DNA of 64,000 nt from Eledone cirrhosa (GCA_964016885.1 OZ024743.1:113584001-113648000); one strand, 5' to 3'; positions 24,770 to 38,545 are shown, counted from the stretch's first letter. The notes: generated from the letters alone by a model not told the origin. Translations and numbers: made by a program.

Positions 24770-25188
24770 TACTCTCTGGTCTTGAATAATTGTCCCCCCA
24801 CCCACCCACTTATTAATTTTTCAGATTTTTTCGACCACCCCTCCCCCTGCTTGTTAAATTTTGCTAATCTATATATGGCAAAATGTTATTGTAAATATTG
24901 ATACTGCAGCTGGAGAATCTAATAATTATTTTGTTTTACATTAAAAAAAACATTATATATAACAAAAAAAGAACCTTACAATAAAACATATTTATGAAAT
25001 AACTATATCCCAGCATGACCTCAGCCGGATGGCTGGAACAGGTAAAAGAGTGAAAGAGTATAACCATTACCGATCCCCCCCCCCCCCCCCCGCTATTGCC
25101 CCTTCCTGCTGCTGCTTATAAGAATTTAAGCAAATGTCCATACCCCCTCCCACTTATTCCACCCCCTATTATTTGGGACCCAAGTGTA
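24770..25188. mobile_element. Old TA-flanked Tc1/pogo-like MITE; inverted related copy ~31145-31430
   Basis: Ends TACTCTCTGGTCTTGAATAA / TTATTTGGGACCCAAGTGTA; internal CAGCTGGAGAATCTAATAAT shared with 31255-31275 in reverse. Confidence 0.55.
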
Positions 25189-25446
25189 ATTAAAATAAGA
25201 CTTACCATAAATACTTGAATATAAACCAATCCCTTATATGTCTCATGTGTGAAGAATATATTTATGAAATTTTAATATTTTGATACTTAAAATGTTTTAA
25301 GTGTTATTTAGAATATACTTTTTGTTTCACAACTCCATATAATGTTTGTTACCAACCTCCAGCCATTTTGAAGGCCATATTCTTACAAAACATCCAAAAT
25401 AATAGGAAAAAAGATTTCACTTCCAAAGTGAAAGAAACCAGTGTAA

Positions 25447-25775
25447 TATTGGTTTCTTCTATAGGCAGAAGGCCAGCAATTCTGAGGGAGAGGAAAGTCG
25501 ATTAAATCGACCCCAGGGCATGACTGGTACTTTATTTTATCGAGCTCATGAGGATGAAAGGCAAAGCTAACCTCGGCGGAATGTAAAAGCCATAACACTA
25601 TGCCGCGAAGCAATGTAATAATTGTTTCTACTTTTGGCACAAGGCCAGCAATTATCCCAGTGCATTACTGGTGCTTTATTTTATCAACCCCATAAGGATG
25701 AAAGGCAAAGCTAACCTCGGTGGGATTTGAACTCAGAATGTAAAGAGCTGTAATTCTATGTCGTGAAGCAGTGTA
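25447..25775 (-). mobile_element. Two tandem partial Meta-like SINE copies
   Basis: Repeated GGATGAAAGGCAAAGCTAACCTCGG core. Confidence 0.8.
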
Positions 25776-26018
25776 ATAATGACTTCCAAAGTGAAAATAT
25801 TTTAGCACATCATATATATAGAATTTAAAGTTAGTGGAATTCTGAGATAAATTAACCTCAAGTATACCCACTCAATTTTACAATCAAATTTTTTTGTCAC
25901 ATATTTCTCTCAGTATATACAGTAAACTTCCTTGTTGATGGAGTAAATCATCTCCAGCTTCAAAGGAACAAATAAACTCTACATGTATTACACTTTTTTT
26001 CCCATTTGTGCAGACAAG

Positions 26019-26172
26019 CAGTGCCAGGTTTACCATTGTACTTACGTGTGCTTAAGCCAGGTGGGGAGGCCCATCTTCCTGTCAAAAAATATTTTTACCT
26101 CCTTCAGGGCTCAAGAAAGGGGCCTCATAACTTAACTAGCACAGGGCCTTGTTTGTCTTAAATCCAGCACTG
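26019..26172. mobile_element. hAT-type MITE
   Basis: TIR CAGTGCCAGGTTTA / TAAATCCAGCACTG; TSD (C/T)AGACAAG. Confidence 0.75.
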
Positions 26173-26477
26173 TAGACAAGAAGCTTGATTTGCAACCATG
26201 GTTTTATCTCACTGCATGGCACCTTAGGTGTCTTTTACCAAAACTTTGGGTTCATCAATATTTTTTAGTATAATTTTGTCAACAGAAACTATGTGGAAGC
26301 CCATTATATATGTTTAAAAACACTGCTTAAAAACTCATTATTTTTTTTATTTTCAAATGTCTGTCTATCTGAAATATTTATGACTAAGTTTTCTTTTTTT
26401 TTTTCTGTGTGGCGTTTGCAGAGATATTTTGCTTGGGTTTGAAGAATCAAATTACTATGTCATCGCCACAACAGAAG

Positions 26478-26526
<49 letters not shown>

Positions 26527-26539
26527 CCTGTAACTTCAC

Positions 26540-28272
26540 TAGTGCTGGTGGCACAAATAATGCACCAAGTACACATTAAAGTAGTTGGTGATAGGAAGGA
26601 CATCCAGTCAGTAAAACCTTGCCAAAGCTATGCAAAGTACAACACACAAATTGCATCTCCAGGACTAACACTAGTCATGTTAATGCTGGGGTGGCTAACT
26701 GAGTCATGTGGGGGAACCCCTCAACCACCATCAAGCAATTGTGCACCTTTATTCTCTTCCAGGTACAAAGAACTACAAAAAGACCAAATTACCATTACCA
26801 GGTAACTGATCTCAGAGCCACTACACTCAATGTGACCACACTGAAAGGTAGATCAGATGAAGTTGTGGATTTGCTTGAGAGACAAGGAGTGGATGTATGC
26901 ACCCTATGAAAGTGACAGAAAGAAATGTAGCAGAACTGATTAGGGAAAGGGTCAAATTAGATTAGATACAATTTGGTTTCATACTAAGGAGGAGCATCAT
27001 AGCTGTCCGCTTTTTAGTAAGACAAGTATAAGAGAAGTTCTGAGCTAAGAGTATTATATCTAGCTTTTGTTGAACTAAAGAAAATCTTTGACAGAGTACC
27101 CCAATTGGTCATCAGGAGGTTCTTAAGAAAATGAGGTATAGAAGAGTGGTTTGCAAGAGCAGTGTAAGCCATGTACAGAGGAGCTGTAAGTAAAGTGAGA
27201 ATAGGAAGTGAGTTTAGTGAGGAATTCAAGGTACAGGTAGAAGTGCATCAGGGTTCACTTCTTAGCTGACTCTCATTTAACCGAGGCCATAACAGAGAAA
27301 TTTAATACTGGTTTCCCATGAAAACTTCTGTATGCCAATGATCTGATCCTCATAGCTAAATCTGTGGAAAAACTTCACAATAAATTCCAACTATGGAAAC
27401 AGGCTTAGAGTAAATTTAGCAAAAACCAAAATGTTAACAACTAGGAAAAAAGCTAGGGCACCAATCTTATCAGGAAGGTGGCTTTGCTCAATATGTACAA
27501 AAGAAGTAGGCATAAACTCTATATGATGTACACAATGCAAATCTTAGTTACACAAGAAGTGTAATGGGATAACAGGTAGACTAACAGGAAAGGAAAATTA
27601 TAGGTAGTAGATGTTCAGGGTCAATTGATAGTAAGAGTGCCATAAATAATATAAACCTTTTCCAATCTCTGGAAGGATTCTTAGAAGCAGTTGATAGCTT
27701 CTGCTACCAAGGTGATATATTTAACAGTGAAGGAGGGTGCTTGGCAAACATAGTAGCTAGAATAAGGACAGAATGGAAGAAGTTTAGGGAACTGCTAACA
27801 ACAAATGAAACATCGGTTGTATGATGACCGTGTGTGAAATGACATGCTGCATGGTAGTGATATATGAGCAGTGAATGCAGAGGACATATGGAAGCTGGAG
27901 AGAAATGAGGGTAACATGCTTTGATTGATGTGCAATGTTATTGTGCGAGAACGACAAAGCATGGATGAATGGAGGGAGAAACTGGGTATAAGATGAATCA
28001 GATGTAGTGTGCAGGAGAAGAGACTACTTTGCGCATGAATGATGATCATTGAGTGAAGAAGTGCCAAATAATCTCAGTGGAAGGAAACCACAGTTGAGGA
28101 AGACCAATGAAGAGCTGCATGAAAATGGTGAGAGTTAATCTCAGATTGCTAAAGCTCACAGAGGAGGTGACAAACGAACACATGAAGTGGAAAGATGCTG
28201 TACTGAAACAGACCCATCCAACCCATGCATGTCTGGAACAATGAATGTAAAATGATTATGAGAATGATGATG
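26540..28272 (+). mobile_element. Heavily decayed, internally deleted RTE LINE with 5' UTR, APE start, RT, Cys-rich insert and (ATG)n tail
   Basis: LRATTLNVTTLKGRSDEVVDLL; FVELKKIFDRVP; VHQGSLLS; LLYANDL; CSIC..CTQC..HKKC; RTE-type C-terminus. Confidence 0.85.
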
Positions 28273-28476
28273 ATATATATATATATAAACAATTCTAATA
28301 AAATGTCCTTTACCCCAGAGGGATAAACAAACCAAATAGTTCACATAAAGATTTCTTCTGTAATGGTGCACATATAACATAGGCGTTTTTCTATATTCAG
28401 AACCACTTAATAATTTGAATTAACAGAGCGAAAAATAAATACATCTTCACCAGACAAGAGCAAATAGTAACAACAA

Positions 28477-29363
28477 CAATTGTTTCTGCTTTTGGCACAA
28501 GGCCAGCAATTTAAAAGGAAGGGGAAAGTCGATTAAATTGACTGCCATTGCATGACTGGCACTTAGTTTATTGACCATGTAAGGATTGAAGACAAAGCTA
28601 ACCTCAGCAGGGTTTGATCTCAGAACATATAAGGATGTAATTATATGCCACAAAGCAGGTTGTCTGACACTCTAATAATTGTTTCTACTTTTGGCACAAG
28701 GCCAGCAATTATCCCAGTGCATTACTGGTACTTTATTTTTCAACCACATAAAGATGAAAGGCAAAGTTAACCTTGGTGGGATTTGAACTCAGATTGTAAA
28801 GGGCCGTAACTCTGTGTTGCAAAGCATGGTGTCCGACACTCTAATAATTGTTTCTACTTTAGGCACAAGGCCAGCAATTACCCAGTGCATTACTGGTACT
28901 TTATTTTATCGACCCCATAAGGATGAAAGGCAAAGTTAACCTCGGCGGGATTTGAACTCAGATCGTAAAGGGACGTAACTATGCTGGAAAGCATGGCGTC
29001 CGACCCTCTACCGATACTGCCAATATTGCCAATTTGCCACCCTTTTAGGAGAGTGGTTTGAAGATGATGGAAATAGAGGTAAATTTCTTGATTCTATAGA
29101 AGGCTTGTTTGGTTGGCACAGTAAGAACCATATAAAGGGTGCTAGATACAGCTAAGGCTGCAGGAGACAGCTTAGTATCTCACAATCCAAATATCAGCAG
29201 AGGAACAACAAAATACTGAGAAAAGAGAAGGAAAATAATAATAGAAATAATTTGTAATATGAGCATAAATCTCAATGTTGCAAGAAGAGGGAGAAGTTAA
29301 CTGGAAAGATGAAAGATAAAGTTATCCTCACTGCTATTTAAACTTACAATGTAAAATACTGGA

Positions 29364-29412
<49 letters not shown>

Positions 29413-30050
29413 TGTTTCTACTTTTGGCACAAAGCCATCAATTACCTAGTGCATTACTGGTACTTTATTTTATTGACCTCGTAAGGATGAAAGGCAAAGT
29501 TTACCTCAGCAGGATTTGAACTCAGAACGTAAATGGCCTTAACTCTGTGCTGCAAAGCATAGGATCTGACCCTCTACCAATACTGCCAAATAATAATTGT
29601 TTCTACTTTTGGTACAAGGCCAGCAATTACCCAGTACATTACTGGAACTTTAATTTATTGACCCTGTAAGGATGAAAGGCAAAGTTAACCTCAGCAGGAT
29701 TTGAACTCAGATCGTAAAGGCCTGTAACTCCATGCTGCAAAGCATGCCGTCCAACCCTACCGATACTGCCAATCCACCGCCTAATAATAATAATAATTGT
29801 TTCCACTTTTGGTACAAGGCCAGCAATTACCCAGTGCATTACTGGTACTTTATTTTATTGACCCCGTAAGGATGAAAGGCAAAGTTAACCTCGATGGGAT
29901 TTGAACTAACACTAACAGAAAGCATGGCGTCTGACCCTCTACCGATACTGCCAATTCATCACTCTCTGCCAAATAATAATAATGGTTTCTTATATAGGCA
30001 CAAGGCCAGCAATTTTGGGGGAGGGGAAAGTCGATTAAATCGACCCCGTT
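28477..30050 (-). mobile_element. Two head-to-tail clusters of Meta-like SINE copies (28477-29045; 29408-30050)
   Basis: About 6-7 repeats of AATTGTTTCTACTTTTGGCACAAGGCCAGCAATT..GGATGAAAGGCAAAGTTAACCTC. Confidence 0.85.
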
Positions 30051-31439
30051 ATGTCTAGGTTTTGTCTCCCTCAGCTTTCATAATTCAATCAAGTACAGGC
30101 CCTGTAGAGGTGTATTTTGCCATTTTGTTTTCATGTGCTCAAGAGTTGCTTCATTTGCTTTTATTTTTGCACCCTTTGTTGGCAGTTGAGGAGTTTTATA
30201 TGTCTCAACTATATTGAGATATATTTCCTGTTTAAATTTGGTGCTTTCCTTTATCACAGGGTAAATTTTTTTATTGGTCTTGTGTCATTTTACTGCCTGT
30301 GAGCAATGCTGCCTACATTTTTCCATCTCCAGGGGCTTTTATGCCTGATTTGTTGGACTTTCTTCATAGCATTGAAGCTTTTAACTCTAAGTTATTATCA
30401 TCTTTTAATATCCAATTTCCATGCATGCAATAAAATAATAATTTTATCACAAGGCCAACAATTTATGTAACATGACTGCTACTTTATTTTATTTACTATG
30501 AGGTGATAAAAAGCAATGTTGACCTCGGCAGACCTGGAAGAAATACTGCTAATGCGCTAACAATTCTGCTATTCTCTGATTTCTAATTTAAGCACAAGGC
30601 AGCATTTGGGGGAAGGGGAAAGTTGATTAAATGACTGGTACTTTATTTTATTGACCATTGAAGGATGAAAGGCAAAGTTGACCTCAACAAGATTTGAACT
30701 CAGAATGTAAAACATCAGAACTAACTGCTCAAGGCAGTTTATCTGATGATCTACTGATTTTGCCAATCCACTGCTCTAATGTATATTTTCCATAGACACC
30801 TGGTCTGAAGAGGAAAGAAGGGTAAATTATATTGATTTCACTCTAGGACTTCATTTTATCGACCAAGTTGATCTTAGTGGTATTTAAATTCAGAATCTAA
30901 AGATGAGGAAATACATTTCTTACATAGACTCAAGGTCTGAAGAGGTGAAAGCAATCAATTCTATCGACCCCTTCCCTACTGTTACTTTATTTTATTGACT
31001 CCAGAAAGATTGAACGGCACAGTTGATATTTGTGGGATTTTAACTCAGAACCTAGAGAGCTGCAATGATAATAGTGAAGATACCTGATGAAATAAAAAAC
31101 AATCACATTTGTCGTTAAAACATACTCATGCACACATACACAGCTACTCCGGGGGGCTTAATTTGGAGGATATAGTGTATGTTCATAAATATGGGATTTC
31201 TTGTAATGTTATTTTTTTGTCATATATAATTTTTTTTTTAATGTAAAATAAAAATATTATTAGATTCTCCAGCTGCTGTATCACTATGAATCACAATAAA
31301 ATTTCACTGGAGATAGATTAGCAAAATTTAATAAAGGGTGGGAGTATATTAAAAGCAGGAAGGGGAATTCTGAAAATTAATAAGCAGGTGGGGGAGGGGG
31401 GATTGTTATTCAAGACCTGAGAGGAGTTACTGTGGTGTT

Positions 31440-34400
31440 GAATCTTTGTCAATTACAATGGCGAATGTTCCAGTTATTCGAACAATGGAACAGACCTGCT
31501 CATGAAATTAATGTACAAGTGGCTGACCATTCCATAAACACATGTATCCTTAACCCTTTATCATTTACATAACTCTATATATACTATTGTATTTTGTGGT
31601 AAAGGCTTTATCTTACATAATTATCTCACATAATATCGAATCTATAAGATTTTGATGTTATTTATTTTGAGAACAATGCCTTAACATAAGTATAGAAGGC
31701 CAGTTACAGCTGGTTTGAATAGAAAAAGGTGAAAGAATTCTGACCAGATATGGCCGGTTTGAATGCTAATGAATTAACATAGTTCTCAGATAGGCTCAGA
31801 ATAACACAGTGTAGGCAGCTAGGTGGACTAAAGCAATGTGAAATAAAGTGTCTTGTTCAAGGTCACAATGTGCCACTGTCTAGCTGAGTGGACTAAAGCA
31901 ATGTGAAATAAAGTGTCTTGTTCAAGGTCACAATGTGCCACTGTCTAGCTGAGTGGACCAGAGCAATGTGAAATAGTGTCTTGTTCAAGGTCACAATGAC
32001 CACTGTCCAGCTGAGTGGACCAGAGCAATGTGAAATAGTGTCTTGTTCAAGGTCACAATGACCACTGTCCAGCTGAGTGCACTGAATCAATGTGAAATAG
32101 TGTCTTGTTCAAGGTCACAATGTGCCACTGTCTAGCTGAGTGGACTGGAGCAATGTGAAATAGTGTCTTGTTCAAGGTCACAATGTGCCACTGTCTAGCT
32201 GAGTGGACTGGAGCAATGTGAAATAGTGTCTTGCTCAAGGTCACAATGTGCCACTGTCTAGCTGAGTGGACTGGAGTAATGTGAAATAAAGTGTCTTGTT
32301 CAAGGTCACAGTGTGCCACTGTCCAGCTGAGTGGACTGGAACAATGTGAAATAAAGTGTCTTGCTCAAGGTCACAATGTGCCACTGTCTAGCTGAGTGGA
32401 TGAAGCAATGTGAAATAAAGTGTCTAATGTGCCACTGTCCAGCTGAGTGGACTGGAGCAATGTGAAATAAAGTGTCTTGCTCAAGGGCACAATGACCACT
32501 GTCCAGCTGAGTGGCCTGGAGCAATGTGAAATAAAGTGTCTTGCTCAAGGGAACAATGACCACTGTCCAGCTGAGTGGACTGGAGCAATGTGAAATAGTA
32601 TCTTGCTCAAGGTCACAATGACCACTGTCCAGCTGAGTGGACTGGAGCAATGTGAAATAAAGTGTCTTGCTCAAGGGCACAATGACCACTGTCCAGCTGA
32701 GAGGACTGGAGCAATGTGAAATAGTATCTTGCTCAAGGTCACAATGACCAATGTCCAGCTGAGTGGACTGGAGCAATGTGAAATAGTGTCTTGCTCAAGG
32801 TCACAATGACCACTGTCCAGCTGAGTGGACTGGAGCAATGTGAAATAGTGTCTTGTTCAAGGTCACAATGTGCCACTGGCTAGCTGAGTGGACTGGAGCA
32901 ATGTGAAATAGTGTCTTGCTCAAGGTCACAATGTGCCACTGTCCAGCTGAGTGGACTGGAGCAATGTGAAATAAAGTGTCTTGCTCAAGGTCACAATGTG
33001 CCACTGGCTAGCTGAGTGGACTGGAGCAATGTGAAATAAAGTGTCTTGTTCAAGGTCACAATGTGCCACTGTCCAGCTGAGTGGACTGGAGCAATGTGAA
33101 ATAAAGTGTCTTGCTCAAGGTCACAATGTGCCACTGGCTAGCTGAGTGGACTGGAGCAATGTGAAATAAAGTGTCTTGCTCAAGGTCACAATGACCACTG
33201 TCCAGCTGAGTGGATTGGAGCAATGTGAAATAGTATCTTGCTCAAGGTCACAATGACCACTGTCCAGCTGAGTGGACTGGAGCAATGTGAAATAGTGTCT
33301 TGCTCAAGGTCACAATGACCACTGTCTAGCTGAGTGGACTGGAGCAATGTGAAATAGTGTCTTGTTCAAGGTCACAATGTGCCACTGGCTAGCTGAGTGG
33401 ACTGGAGCAATGTGAAATAGTGTCTTGCTCAAGGTCACAATGACCACTGTCCAGCTGAGTGGACTGGAGCAATGTGAAATAGTATCTTGCTCAAGGTCAC
33501 AATGACCACTGTCTAGCTGAGTGGACTGGAGCAATGTGAAATAGTATATTGCTCAAGGTCACAATGACCACTGTCCAGCTGAGTGGACTGGAGCAATGTG
33601 AAATAGTATATTGCTCAAGGTCACAATGACCACTGTCTAGCTGAGTGGACTGGAGCGATGTGAAATAAAGTGTCTTGTTCAAGGTCACAATGTGCCACTG
33701 TCCAGCTGAGTGGACTGGAGCAATGTGAAATAAAGTGTCTTGCTCAAGGTCACAATGTGCCACTGTCCAGCTGAGTGGACTGGAGCAATGTGAAATAGTA
33801 TCTTGCTCAAGGTCACAATGACCACTGTCCAGCTGAGTGGACTGGAGCGATGTGAAATAAAGTGTCTTGCTCAAGGTCACAATGACCACTGTCCAGCTGA
33901 GTGGACTGGAGCAATGTGAAATAGTATCTTGCTCAAGGTCACAATGACCACTGTCCAGCTGAGTGGACTGGAGCAATGTGAAATAGTGTCTTGCTCAAGG
34001 TCACAATGACCACTGTCCAGTTGAGTGGACTGGAGCAATGTGAAATAGTGTCTTGTTCAAGGTCACCATGTGCCACTGGCTAGCTGAGTGGACTGGAGCA
34101 ATGTGAAATAGTGTCTTGCTCAAGGTCACAATGACCACTGTCCAGCTGAGTGGACTGGACCAATGTGAAATAGTATCTTGCTCAAGGTCACAATGACCAC
34201 TGTCCAGCTGAGTGGACTGGAGCAATGTGAAATAGTATCTTGCTCAAGGTCACAATGACCACTGTCTAGCTGAGTGGACTGGAGCGATGTGAAATAAAGT
34301 GTCTTGTTCAAGGTCACAATGTGCCACTGTCCAGCTGAGTGGACTGGAACAATGTGAAATAAAGTGCCTTGCTGAAGGTCACAATATGCCACTGGCTAGC

Positions 34401-35631
34401 TGAGTGGACTGGAGCAATGTGAAATAGTATCTTGCTCAAGGTCACAATGTGCCACTGTCCAGCTGAGTGGACTGGAGCAATGTGAAATAGTATCTTGCTC
34501 AAGGTCACAATGACCACTGTCCAGCTGAGTGGACTGGAGCAATGTGAAATAGTATCTTGCTCAAGGTCACAATGACCACTGTCTAGCTGAGTGGACTGGA
34601 GCGATGTGAAATAAAGTGTCTTGTTCAAGGTCACAATGTGCCACTGGCTAGCTGAGTGGACTGGAGCAATGTGAAATAAAGTGTCTTGCTCAAGGTCACA
34701 ATGACCACTGTCCAGCTGAGTGGACTGGAGCAATGTGAAATAGTATCTTGCTCAAGGTCACAATGACCACTGTCCAGCTGAGTGGACTGGAGCAATGTGA
34801 AATAGTGTCTTGCTCAAGGTCACAATGACCACTGTCCAGTTGAGTGGACTGGAGCAATGTGAAATAGTGTCTTGTTCAAGGTCACAATGTGCCACTGGCT
34901 AGCTGAGTGGACTGGAGCAATGTGAAATAGTGTTTTGCTCAAGGTCACAATGACCACTGTCCAGCTGAGTGGACTGGACCAATGTGAAATAGTATCTTGC
35001 TCAAGGTCACAATGACCACTGTCCAGCTGAGTGGACTGGAGCAATGTGAAATAGTATCTTGCTCAAGGTCACAATGACCACTGTCTAGCTGAGTGGACTG
35101 GAGCGATGTGAAATAAAGTGTCTTGTTCAAGGTCACAATGTGCCACTGTCCAGCTGAGTGGACTGGAACAATGTGAAATAAAGTGCCTTGCTGAAGGTCA
35201 CAATATGCCACTGGCTAGCTGAGTGGACTGGAGCAATGTGAAATAGTATCTTGCTCAAGGTCACAATGACCACTGTCCAGCTGAGTGGACTGGAGCAATG
35301 TGAAATAGTGTCTTGCTCAAGGTCACAATGACCACTGTCTAGCTGAGTGGACTGGAGCGATATGAAATAAAGTGTCTTGTTCAAGGTCACAATGTGCCAC
35401 TGTCCAGCTGAGTGGACTGGAACAATGTGAAATAAAGTGCCTTGCTGAAGGTCACAATATGCCACTGGCTAGCTGAGTGGACTGGAGCAATGTGAAATAA
35501 AGTGTCTTGCTTGGACTGGAGCAATGTGAAATAAAGTGTCTTGCTCAAGGTCACAATGCTCTACTGGGAATTCAACTCATGATCTTAGGGTTGTGAGCCA
35601 AACACACTAATTACTAAACCATGTGCTTTCA
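31440..35631 (-). mobile_element. CORE-SINE hosting both a TTAA MITE and an internally amplified satellite
   Basis: tRNA-like head at 35560-35631, tail at 31440-31550 and 31778-31820 matching the 1865-2152 family. Confidence 0.75.
31822..35558. repeat. Satellite, 62-65-bp unit, ~60 copies, derived from SINE CORE domain
   Basis: Unit CTGGAGCAATGTGAAATA(AA)GTGTCTTGCTCAAGGTCACAATG(TG/A)CCACTGTCCAGCTGAGTGGA. Confidence 0.97.
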
Positions 35632-36476
35632 CAATTAATGTATATAGTAATTATTACATTTGGTATAATTGAATAACTAAATGTTATATAAGGTGTACCA
35701 GTACACACATACATATACATGTGTACACATCCCATGTATACACATATACACATTAATACATGTAAACATATATATGGATGCAAGCGTGGAAGATGGACGT
35801 TAAACGATGATGATGATGATGATAATGATGATGATGCATACACACAAATGTAGAGACAGATACATCCCAAACTCTATACATGTATTCACATCACACCCAT
35901 AAAAACCTATATACCCTTTAATGTTCAAACCGGCCAAAACCGGCCAGAATTCTCTACCTTTTTCTGTTGAAACTGGCTGTAACTGGTCACACAAACTGAT
36001 GTTAAGGTATTGTTCTCAAAATAAATACTTTCAAAATCTCATAGATTCGATATTATGTGAGATAAAGCCTTTACCATGAAAATATAATAGTACATATAGA
36101 GTAATGTGAATGCTAAAGGGTTAACATATCTACATGCACTCACATACCACCCCTACACATACACACCTATATACATTTACACATATACACACACATTGAC
36201 ATATACATCACATTGGCATTAGGAAGGGCATCCAGCCGTAGAAAACCAGCCAGAAACACCCCTATATGAGCAAGGCCGATCACCCAACCCAACTTGTCTC
36301 TAAATGGGACCCGTCCAACCCATGCTAGCATGGAAGATGGATGTTAATCGATGATGATGATCACAACACACACATATACACAATTATATACACTATACAC
36401 ATTTACACATGTATACATTGACACATCTACAAGCACTCAACCACACATACACACACACACATATATTTACACATGT

Positions 36477-36817
36477 ATCATCATCATCATCATCATCATT
36501 TCATTTTACGTCCGCTTTTCACTGCTTGCAAGGGTGGGACGGGAACTGATTCTGGCTTGATTTCTACAGCTGGATGTCCTTCCTAACACCAACCTCATTT
36601 ACAGTGAGTGCTGGGTGCTTTTTTTCCGGGGCACCTACACGTCCACTTTGCAGTGGAATGATAGGGACTCCAATCCCTATCGTCAGCTGAGTAAACTGGA
36701 GCAATGTGAAATAAAGTGTCTTGCTCAAGGAAACAACACATCACCCGGTCTGAGAATTGAACTCACAACCTTTCGATTGCAAGGCCAATGCTCTAACCAC
36801 TAAGCCATGTGCCTCCA
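36477..36817 (-). mobile_element. Young CORE-SINE with RTE-derived tail
   Basis: Near-identical to 11348-11692. Confidence 0.85.
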
Positions 36818-37139
36818 CATATAGCCATGTGCCTCCACATATTGATATTACACAATATAAATCACACTCACACATACATATTGACATATCAATCTATAAA
36901 CACACTCATACAGCATTTAAACCGGCCATATCCGGCCAGAATTCTCTCACCTCTTTCTGTTCAAACCAGCTGTAACCAGCCACTCATACTTATGTTAAGG
37001 TATTGTTCTCAAAGTAAATAACATCAAAATCTCAAATTCAATATTATGTGAGGTAAAGCCTTTACTGTGAAAATATAATTGTTTCTACTTTAAACACAAA
37101 GTAAATGTATATATAGAGTAATGTAAATGTTAAAGAGTT

Positions 37140-37680
37140 AACACACTCATACACTCACTCAAACACACACACACTTATGGATTTACACACATACACATCG
37201 ACATATGTACAAGCACTCCACACACACATTTACACATGTATACACAATACAAATCACACTCACACACATTTAGCCACATACAAGCAGCCAATCTATGAAC
37301 ACACTCATACATTCACTCACACACACATTTACACAAGCAGCCAATCTCTTAACACACACATGCACTTACTCACACACATACATACAAGCAGCTAATTATG
37401 AACACACTCATACACTCACTCAAACACACACATTTACACACATACATAAGAGCAGCCAATCTATGAACACACTCATACACTCACTGAAGCACACACATAC
37501 ATACAAGCAGCCAATCTCTTAACACACTCATACACAACCATATACACACTCAAACACACACATTTACACACATACAAGCAGCCAATCTATGAACACACTC
37601 ATACACAACCATATACACACTCAAACACACAGACACATGTACAAGCACTCCATTCACACACATACACAGTTATACTCATT
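37140..37680. repeat. CA-rich compound minisatellite with recurring ACAAGCAGCCAATCTATGAACACACTCATAC unit
   Basis: Unit recurs about 6 times between 37280 and 37600. Confidence 0.85.
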
Positions 37681-38217
37681 CTCTCCTAAAATCATTCCCA
37701 CCAGTAATAAAAATAAAAGCCAGTTAATTAGCAGAGTTATTTATTAAAAAACAATACAAACTGCAAATCATGTAAATACCAATGGAAAAAATAGTCAATT
37801 TTTAATGAGTGATATCGCTGCCATGCCATTCCGTTAGAGACAATGTGTTGGTGATGTTGGTTGTTTTAACTGTTCTGTCTCCTGAATGACTGGTACAACT
37901 TGATATACAATAAGTAGTTTCAAAAAACTGTCTCAGTTCTGTTGATTAATTTTTGTAGTTTCTGACCTGTTTTTGGACCCATTATACTGTTTGATTTATC
38001 TGTGACCAATCATCTAAATTAGTTGGTAATAGAACTAAAATAAATTCTACCACTGTTGCTATAACTGCTACTGTCATTACTGCTGCTGTTACTGCTATTA
38101 CTATTGCTGTCTTTGAGCTAAAATATAAATTAGAGGTCAACTCTGTAGCTAAATCTTGAGCCGTCGTTTATTTATTTTATTTCAGATATAGCAAATAAAT
38201 GTTATGTTCTTCTAGAC

Positions 38218-38383
38218 CAGTAGTTCCCAAAGTGTGTTCCACAAAGGAGTGTCTGGGGTTCCAGGAAAAAAGCTAAAGGAGTATATTTATAGTATACCAT
38301 ATAACAGCATTAGACTTTAAGGTTCCCCCAAAAGTTTCTGAACCAAAAACGGTTTTGTGTTTGAAAAGGTTTGGGAAACCCTG
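38218..38383. mobile_element. hAT-Charlie-like MITE
   Basis: Ends CAGTAGTTCCCAAA / TTTGGGAAACCCTG; flanks TTCTAGAC / TTCTAGAA. Confidence 0.75.
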
Positions 38384-38545
38384 TTCTAGAATTTAACCCT
38401 TTTATTACCAAACCATCTGAAACTGCCCATGCCTCAAGTTTATTTTAAATTGTTTATATTTATCTAAACTCTTTCATCTTACTTTTTTTTTCTAAGAATC
38501 TTTGTTATGTTCCAAACACTAGCTTAATAACGAGAAATTTAGTTA

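Noticed and set aside
31822-35558. CRISPR-like array or repetitive protein gene
   Set aside because: There are no unique spacers or cas genes. Units are contiguous SINE CORE copies whose variable length shifts frame constantly.
31822-35558. Hammerhead in the satellite unit (CTGAGTGGA..GAAA)
   Set aside because: It does not fit CUGANGA, and no stems I-III form in the required arrangement.
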